From contig JBHLKY010000003.1 in the NCBI GenBank assembly GCA_048886185.1, positions 88,495 to 120,494 on the forward strand: a stretch of 32,000 nt of DNA, read 5' to 3'. Numbering within the stretch: the stretch's first letter is position 1; every line of letters starts with the position of its first letter. Below, piece after piece: positions 26,312-32,000 of the stretch. The DNA comes from Candidatus Hermodarchaeota archaeon (GTDB taxonomy: Archaea > Asgardarchaeota > Heimdallarchaeia > Hodarchaeales > Hodarchaeaceae). The position numbers were made by a program, and so were the translations under genes. The notes under the pieces were generated by a model. That model was given only the letters and a program-made list of their open reading frames with translations, was not told the DNA's origin and did no database searches.

Positions 26312-27211
26312 ATGGTAATCTCGGCAATCCGATCAAAAGGAACAGAAAATAGGAAGAAGGAACAAATTGACACAATAGTTGACTTAATAGAACAGAACTC
26401 GGTTATAGGTCTTGTTAATCTAAGTGGGATAAGTTCAAAGGCTCTTCAAGGTATTCGTTCTTCAATGCGATCAGGAGAGGTTTTAGCGACAATAAAAGTC
26501 GCTAAAAATACTTTGAAAACGCTAGCCATGGAAAAAGCCGATAAAAAAGGGATTAAAAATCTTATTCCGTCTATAGACGGCTCTTGTGCAATGATATTCA
26601 CAAATACTAATCCTTTCAAACTTCAAAAGTATTTAAATCAAAATCAAGTACCTGCTCCTGCAAAAACTGGACAAACATCTCCTGTTGATGTTTTTGTATC
26701 CGAAGGTGTCACTAATCTAGATCCAGGGCCTATTATTAGCGAACTCGGGGCAATTGGTTTACAAACACGAATTGAAAAAGGAAAAATAAGGATTGTAAAG
26801 ACAACTAAAGTGCTTTCAGTTAGTGATACTGTAACAGAAGCTCATGCCTCAGTACTTGCTCGTCTTGGAATAAATCCCTTTAAAGTAGGTTTAAAACTCA
26901 GTACTATTTTAGAAAATGGGGAATTGATTGATGGAAGCATTCTTGACACAGATGAGGGTCAAATAATCACAGATTTACAACAAGCATATTTAAATGCCTT
27001 ATTTTTAGCAATTAATCCTAATGTCGCGTATTATTCCACTTCAACAACTCCTTTTTTGTTGAAAACTGCTATATCCCAAGTAATGGCGTTGTCAGTAAAC
27101 TGTGGCTATGTTACAGATTTAACAATAGATCTTATCCTGACTAAAAGTGTTAAACAAGCTGAACTATTGAAAGAAGAAGTTTTAAAGAAGAATAAAGAAT
27201 TAAAGTTTTAA
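26312..27211 (+). CDS. rplP0: 50S ribosomal protein uL10 (P0), lacking the acidic C-terminal tail
   Basis: KVAKNTL, IFTN.NPFKL, APAK.G...P.DV, T...PGP.ISEL..IG, GKI.I. GGGTGA SD-like element at 26301-26306 precedes ATG 26312. Confidence 0.93.
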   Translation: MVISAIRSKGTENRKKEQIDTIVDLIEQNSVIGLVNLSGISSKALQGIRSSMRSGEVLATIKVAKNTLKTLAMEKADKKGIKNLIPSIDGSCAMIFTNTNPFKLQKYLNQNQVPAPAKTGQTSPVDVFVSEGVTNLDPGPIISELGAIGLQTRIEKGKIRIVKTTKVLSVSDTVTEAHASVLARLGINPFKVGLKLSTILENGELIDGSILDTDEGQIITDLQQAYLNALFLAINPNVAYYSTSTTPFLLKTAISQVMALSVNCGYVTDLTIDLILTKSVKQAELLKEEVLKKNKELKF

Positions 27212-27320
27212 TGAGAACCACATCTGTTCATTTTACAAAATTCTTAACTTTTCAATAATGGAGAAAAAGTAAAGAATTATGGATAAATCTAACCTCAAAG
27301 GGGAATAAGATTTGATATTT

Positions 27321-28244
27321 TTAACTCAACAACTGATTAATGTACTTCTCTGGTTGAAATGATTCTAAATCTGTGTATTTTTGTCCTGTACCAATAAAAA
27401 GGACAGGAACTCCTCCAGTAGCCGAAGTAACAGATATTAGAGCTCCTCCGCGAGCATCCGCGTCCATTTTTGCTAAAATAATTCCATTCAAAGGGATTTC
27501 TTTATGAAAATCCTTCGCTTGTTCTGTAGCATCATTCCCCGCTAATGCGTCCACTACTAGTATTGTATAATCTGGGTCAACAACACGATGAATTTTTTTC
27601 ATTTCTTCCATCAGATCGCGGTTTACTGCCATCCGTCCAGAAGTGTCTATCATCACAACATCGGCGTATTTAGCTTTTGCATGGGCAATAGCATCGTAAG
27701 CAACAGCTGCAGAATCACTACCGTACTGTCCTTTTATTAATTTAACACCGATTCTTTCAGCATGGATTTTTAGTTGTTCTTGTGCTCCAGAGCGAAATGT
27801 ATCACTTGCTGCAAGTACAATTTGGAATCCCTTCTTCTTTAATATATATGCTAATTTTGCTATGGTGGTTGTCTTTCCAGTTCCATTTATTCCAAGGAAT
27901 AAGATTTTCAGAGGATCTTTTTTAGTAGATTGAGAAGATGCCTTCTGATGATTTTTAAGTACTTCAATAAAGTCCAATGGATCTTTCGGGGAAATAATGT
28001 CCAGAATAATTGGTTTTGCGAACACTGGGATCATTTTTGACAGATCACTGAATCTTTTAGCACGTTGTCCAAGCATTTTTGTTGTCAGTTTATTAGAGAT
28101 TTGTTTTGCTACCTTTAGAGAAACATCATTTGATATAAGGAGTAGCTCGAATTCACGGATAGCTTTTCTAATGTTTTTTTCGTTAATTTCATATGTTGAA
28201 ACCTTTTTGAGAAATCTTTCTATTCCTTTTTTCAAAGATGTCAA
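27321..28244 (-). CDS. ftsY: Signal recognition particle receptor FtsY (NG domain only)
   Basis: GINGTGKTTTIAKLA, DTFR.GA.EQL, DTSGR, DALAGND, KMDADARGG and GTGQ.Y.DL. TTG start. Confidence 0.95.
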   Translation of the reverse strand: MTSLKKGIERFLKKVSTYEINEKNIRKAIREFELLLISNDVSLKVAKQISNKLTTKMLGQRAKRFSDLSKMIPVFAKPIILDIISPKDPLDFIEVLKNHQKASSQSTKKDPLKILFLGINGTGKTTTIAKLAYILKKKGFQIVLAASDTFRSGAQEQLKIHAERIGVKLIKGQYGSDSAAVAYDAIAHAKAKYADVVMIDTSGRMAVNRDLMEEMKKIHRVVDPDYTILVVDALAGNDATEQAKDFHKEIPLNGIILAKMDADARGGALISVTSATGGVPVLFIGTGQKYTDLESFQPEKYINQLLS

Positions 28245-28353
28245 TCTTATCTTAAACCTCCAAAAAACACCTAGTTGTCTTGTTATCTATCTTTTGGCCA
28301 ATAAAAGGATATAATATGTTTCATACTCCCTTATTAAGAAGAAGGGGTTTAAT

Positions 28354-28797
28354 TCAGAGAAGCTGGTATTTTTGAACGATTCCTAGTAATTCCTGTCTAT
28401 TTGAATTTAACTTCTTAGATAATTTAGAGTGTTGTTCTTGGAGTTGATTTAGACTTTTCTCTAAGTTTTGAATTTGAGATTTATTTTGTTCTTCTGAGTT
28501 TACTAACTCTGTAAGAAGGCTAACTCCTGATCCGAGAGATATAAATGTTTTATGAGGATCTTTTAGGGTACATTGAATATAGTTCGAGCCTCCGATAGGG
28601 ATCAATATTTCGTCCCCAGTTTTCTTTGATTTAAGCTCATTCTGAACCATAATGGCATCATTTAGAGAATTCATTGCTCTATAAAAAAGATTGATTTGCT
28701 GCTCAATTGCACCAATATTAACCTGTAATTGATCATTTTCCTCTTGAAGATTTTTCACACGTGTGACAACTTCATCAGGTATAACTGATTGTGACAT
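28354..28797 (-). CDS. pfdA: Prefoldin alpha subunit
   Basis: Coiled coil - EILIPIGGSNYI...V.LGSG - coiled coil architecture, in its conserved operon position. Confidence 0.92.
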   Translation of the reverse strand: MSQSVIPDEVVTRVKNLQEENDQLQVNIGAIEQQINLFYRAMNSLNDAIMVQNELKSKKTGDEILIPIGGSNYIQCTLKDPHKTFISLGSGVSLLTELVNSEEQNKSQIQNLEKSLNQLQEQHSKLSKKLNSNRQELLGIVQKYQLL

Positions 28798-28800
28798 CAA

Positions 28801-29067
28801 TCAATCCTCATAAGGTATCTTGAAATCCGTGTTAACAAGCTTTTCAACAAAAGTATCTGTAATATTTTCTGGGGAAATCTCGTCAATTGAAGTAATTCGA
28901 ATTTGCCTTCTTTTTAAACGATTTCGACTTCCAAATTCTGAAAAAAGCTTGTCCTTTGCTTGTTCTTCTGTTAAAGCACATAATTCTTTGGAAAAGGATG
29001 TTATTTGTCTTCTTTGTTTGAAAAATCCCGAAATTCTAAAGATTTTAACAGATATATCATTTTCCAT
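28801..29067 (-). CDS. rpl18a: 50S ribosomal protein eL20 (L18Ae/LX)
   Basis: KIFRISG, FSKE..A..E..A....FSEFGSR.RLKR..I.I..I.EI. Confidence 0.92.
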   Translation of the reverse strand: MENDISVKIFRISGFFKQRRQITSFSKELCALTEEQAKDKLFSEFGSRNRLKRRQIRITSIDEISPENITDTFVEKLVNTDFKIPYED

Positions 29068-29160
29068 TTTATCTCTCTCTTTACAAGGAATTTCTTTTCT
29101 ATTTTTTCTTTTTTTTACTGTCTTTATATCAATTCGTAATTAAATTGAGTTATTTTGGAT

Positions 29161-29829
29161 TCATTGAGAAAAACATCTTGTTATTTCTATAATCTCAATA
29201 CCAGTTGTTTCTCTCCCAATAAGTATCCCTTTAGTATTTCCGATCATTCCAGAGGCAACGAATTCAGAACCTTTGTTAACACTCCCAACTCCAACATGTT
29301 GTAGGTGGAGTATTTCCTTTATTTCTTGTATTTCTTCCTCACTTGCTAGTGGGGTAAATAATCCTCCATGATTTGTAACAAATGCAAGACTTCCTACTAA
29401 ATCCGATTTAGCAATTGTTCTTGCTTCTAAAGGAATATTTAATGTATCAGATATTGCTTTCTTGATTGTTTGAGGGACAATTGGTGAGATTAAACCACCA
29501 TAATCATTCACGAGGACAACATTACCAAATGCAAAGAATTCGGAAGATTGGTAGGTTGGTAGATTGATCGATTTAATTTCATTTAATACCTCTGAACTAA
29601 TCGCATTTGAGATAACGTTTCCAAAGGAGTTACCTACAGCAAGAGAACCTATAATATTATCTGAAACTTGGACTATTTCAACTTTTAAAATACGATGAAC
29701 TAGATTCTTAAGCTTAAAGGGTGTATTGATGGGTAAAAATGCAATATTCTCTGTACATAACATTTTGACGCCTATATGAATACTACCGAGAAAATCAGCA
29801 AATTCTATGTCCATATTCATACCTACCAT
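29161..29829 (-). CDS. eif6: Translation initiation factor 6 (aIF6)
   Basis: GNVVLVND.G.LISP, TIA....VGS....TN.GGL..P, GSVNKGS.FV.SG...N.KG...G..TTG.E. Confidence 0.93.
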   Translation of the reverse strand: MVGMNMDIEFADFLGSIHIGVKMLCTENIAFLPINTPFKLKNLVHRILKVEIVQVSDNIIGSLAVGNSFGNVISNAISSEVLNEIKSINLPTYQSSEFFAFGNVVLVNDYGGLISPIVPQTIKKAISDTLNIPLEARTIAKSDLVGSLAFVTNHGGLFTPLASEEEIQEIKEILHLQHVGVGSVNKGSEFVASGMIGNTKGILIGRETTGIEIIEITRCFSQ

Positions 29830-29880
29830 TATGTAAAGAATAATGCCACCTGAATGAAAAATTAGATGAAAAGTCGTTGA

Positions 29881-30162
29881 TCATCCGAGGAAAACTGTTA
29901 CAATATCATCTTCTGTTTTAACAGCGCGGATTCGAATTTTTCTTGGAGGATGTTGAATTCCACGAGCCCACATAAACTCATTTACCTCGGGATCAATAAT
30001 AACGTCATCACACCGCAGATGACGTTTAACAAAGGCCCTGAGATGTCTTACAGCTCTTGGGGTTCTTTTAATACGAGGAATGCGTCGTCCATAAACCACT
30101 TTGCTGAATGGAATTGTATAAATCCTTTCTTCGATAATTGATTCTGAAGGCGTCTCGCTCAT
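29881..30162 (-). CDS. rpl31e: 50S ribosomal protein eL31
   Basis: ERIYTIP, KRTPRAV..LR.FV.RH, ID..VNE..W.RGI..PP.KIR.RA. Confidence 0.95.
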   Translation of the reverse strand: MSETPSESIIEERIYTIPFSKVVYGRRIPRIKRTPRAVRHLRAFVKRHLRCDDVIIDPEVNEFMWARGIQHPPRKIRIRAVKTEDDIVTVFLG

Positions 30163-30180
30163 TGAATTCTCCTTCTGTCA

Positions 30181-30336
30181 TTATGGTTTAATTTTTTGGG
30201 TTCGCCATTGTCTTTTTTTTGGATGTGTACTCACTTTTCGCGACGTTTTCATAATGACCCAAGTTGGAACAGTCTGGTTTGTATTCATTTTTTTTCCAAG
30301 ACGGATTTTTTTCGCATAAGGTTTGTATCTTGCCAT
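30181..30336 (-). CDS. rpl39e: 50S ribosomal protein eL39 (missing from the ORF track)
   Basis: 51 aa by hand translation: [58 protein letters not shown]-like site upstream, and directly upstream of rpl31e as expected. Confidence 0.95.
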   Translation of the reverse strand: MARYKPYAKKIRLGKKMNTNQTVPTWVIMKTSRKVSTHPKKRQWRTQKIKP

Positions 30337-30348
30337 CCTAAAGTCTCC

Positions 30349-31008
30349 TTATTTCTTTTCAACTTTTGCAGTTGGACCCATTGTTGTTTTAAAGCTAATT
30401 GATTTGATTTGTGCAGCCCCTTTTGGAAGTTTTGTACTTAATGTTTGTAAAATTGCACTTGCATTCTCTGCTAAAGTTTTATCATCTTGATTGGCTTTTC
30501 CAATTTTTGTATTAACTACAGGGGTTGATTTTAATCTTAATTTCACTGTACGATTGTATCTTTCAATGAATCTATCAATTTCAACTCTAGGTGGAATAGG
30601 TTTAGGCATTTTTCCCCTTGGTCCCAGGGTTTTTCCTAAAAATTTAGCCACAATGGGCATCATTTGTGGTTCTGCAAGGAAAAACGAGAATTCGTTTGCG
30701 ATTTTTTTGGCATTTTTCGGTTCTTTAGCTAATCCTTCTATTTCTTGACGATCTAAAGTTGTTAATCCAAACTCCTTCGATTTGACGGCAATGTCGCCTT
30801 CTGCAAAGACGGCAACACTAGATTTGCCTCCCAAATCATTAGGAACTAAGGTTTCTAAATTAATTCTATTCGCAGGATTTTTTAAATCAATATCCCGAAG
30901 ACCTATAGAAATTTCAACAGTTTCAGTGAATTTTCTTTTCCTTCTCTTAATGCTTTCTGTTTTAGCTCGAGATATTGCTTCTTCCAATTGATTTGGTGTA
31001 TAGGACAT
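30349..31008 (-). CDS. rpl1: 50S ribosomal protein uL1
   Basis: RKFTETVEISIGLRDIDLK, FFLAE..MMP.V...LG..LGPRGKMPKP and KTTMGP. Confidence 0.96.
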   Translation of the reverse strand: MSYTPNQLEEAISRAKTESIKRRKRKFTETVEISIGLRDIDLKNPANRINLETLVPNDLGGKSSVAVFAEGDIAVKSKEFGLTTLDRQEIEGLAKEPKNAKKIANEFSFFLAEPQMMPIVAKFLGKTLGPRGKMPKPIPPRVEIDRFIERYNRTVKLRLKSTPVVNTKIGKANQDDKTLAENASAILQTLSTKLPKGAAQIKSISFKTTMGPTAKVEKK

Positions 31009-31226
31009 GAAATATTCCCTTTTGAAGTGCTAATTAGGTTTTTTTAATCTTTTTAGTCCATTATAAGGTTTTTTAGTAAGGTTTTTTGTGTGTTTTGAGA
31101 ATTAAAATCTCAAGGGCTTAAAAAGAATCATCAAAATATTTAATTTTTCGCTCTAAAATTGGTTCTCCTTGAATTATTGATTAAAATCAGCATTTAGGTA
31201 TTTCTTTATTATCTTAGGTGAATTTA

Positions 31227-31700
31227 ATGACCAAAACTATTGAAGCATTAGTCGATGCAGGACAAGCAACTCCAGGTCCACCACTCGGTCCACAATTAGG
31301 CCCTTTGGGTGTGAATATAAAATCAGTTATTGATGAAATCAACAAGAAAACTCAAGGGTTTAAAGGGATGAAAGTCCCAGTAAAAGTCGATGTAGACGAT
31401 TCACGGAACTTTACAATAACAGTCGGAGTTCCTCCGACCTCCTCTCTATTACTAAGAGAAGCGGGCGTTGAGAAAGGAAGTGGAACCCCAAATACAGAAA
31501 AAGTAGGAAATCTTACTTTTGAACAATGTATAAAAGTTGCTCAAATGAAATTAGAATCTATGTTGGCTATAAATTTACGTTCTGCGGTAAAAGAAGTTGT
31601 AGGAACATGTATATCCATGGGATTAACAGTTGACAATGAAGATCCAAAAACAATAATCGAAGCTATCAACACAGGTAGTTACAACAATTTTTTTGAGTAA
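31227..31700 (+). CDS. rpl11: 50S ribosomal protein uL11
   Basis: LVDAGQATPGPPLGPQLGPLGVN, FKGMKVPVKV, VGVPPTS.LL and KEVVGTC.SMG. AGGTGA SD before ATG 31227. Confidence 0.97.
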   Translation: MTKTIEALVDAGQATPGPPLGPQLGPLGVNIKSVIDEINKKTQGFKGMKVPVKVDVDDSRNFTITVGVPPTSSLLLREAGVEKGSGTPNTEKVGNLTFEQCIKVAQMKLESMLAINLRSAVKEVVGTCISMGLTVDNEDPKTIIEAINTGSYNNFFE

Positions 31701-31702
31701 TT

Positions 31703-32000
31703 ATGTCAGATGATAACTCTTTTGAGTCGTTAGTTGGAATTCATGGTTATACGTATGCACAATTGAAGGGGACTGGGGGCACGATTAAACAGCAAAATCA
31801 GGATTTCATTGTTCGAGAGATACCTCCTAGTGGTAAACCAATTTTTAAAGGATCAGAAATTGGAAACGACGTAGGAGGATTATTTATTCATGCTGTTCTC
31901 TGGAAAACAGGGCTTGATACGTTTAATGCGATAAGAAAGCTGAGTAATCACTTAAAACATCCAGAAAGAGATTTTGGATTTGCTGGTTTAAAGGATGCCG
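31703..32000 (+). CDS. truD: tRNA pseudouridine(13) synthase TruD, 5' part (truncated by window edge; missing from the ORF track)
   Basis: Hand translation MSDDNSFESLVGIHGY...GGTIKQQNQDFIVREI...LWKTGLDTFNAIRKLS......FGFAGLKDA, containing the catalytic GLKD motif. Confidence 0.88.
   Translation, partial: MSDDNSFESLVGIHGYTYAQLKGTGGTIKQQNQDFIVREIPPSGKPIFKGSEIGNDVGGLFIHAVLWKTGLDTFNAIRKLSNHLKHPERDFGFAGLKDA

Noticed and set aside
26312-27211. uL10 as an Mrt4-like paralog
   Set aside because: It retains the helical stalk-binding spine that Mrt4 lacks, and it sits near its canonical position after spt5.
27321-28244. FtsY variants (DTSGR, AKMD, no acidic N-terminal region) as a novelty
   Set aside because: They are within the variation I would expect for NG-only FtsY proteins, and the GTPase motifs remain recognisable.
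6619-30991. Numerous short ORFs overlapping or antisense to core genes (e.g. 6619-6846, 7637-7846, 7834-8025, 9059-9274, 11571-11756, 12122-12400, 16390-16650, 18116-18310, 19255-19470, 20326-20587, 21106-21306, 22297-22674, 24333-24536, 25782-26086, 27997-28314, 28820-29143, 29950-30141, 30196-30402, 30491-30991)
   Set aside because: They are shadow frames of well-supported genes and have no motifs of their own.
1-32000. tRNA or rRNA genes
   Set aside because: No cloverleaf, T-loop (GTTCGA-type) context or long GC-rich structured stretch was seen in the intergenic regions by eye. A covariance-model scan was not run.

Overview
AT-rich archaeal chromosomal segment. The gene set (Orc1/Cdc6, PolD small subunit DP1, STT3-like AglB, unsplit Rpo2, SecE, Spt5, eL20/eL31/eL39, aIF6, prefoldin, PGF-tailed surface protein) is archaeal. 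An Asgard (Heimdallarchaeia-like) source is my inference and is unconfirmed. Left part (1.2-6.6 kb): a candidate replication origin with three strong ORB-type elements (TTCCAnTGGAA plus purine/G-string) and several degenerate ones. It is interleaved with three small winged-helix genes, a DUF6788-like Cys/His protein, a decayed 6-phosphogluconate dehydrogenase fragment that the ORF track obscures, and a 7-repeat beta-propeller surface protein. Then come cdc6 and a convergent DP1 with a GNH->GEH change. Middle (9.7-16.9 kb): aglB next to a bacterial-type acyl-carrier module unusual for archaea (apparently circularly permuted CE4 deacetylase, AcpS, FkbH, ACP, VOC epimerase-like protein, LbH acyltransferase), plausibly an ACP-dependent glycan acylation (glyceroylation) system. 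Right part: valS, a kinase-like gene, a solitary rpoB joined to secE-spt5, and a scrambled L11/L1/L10 arrangement around the L39e-L31e-IF6-LX-pfdA-ftsY operon, ending in a partial truD. No CRISPR array, rRNA, tRNA or transposase was recognised. All family assignments come from motif recognition by eye, not database searches.
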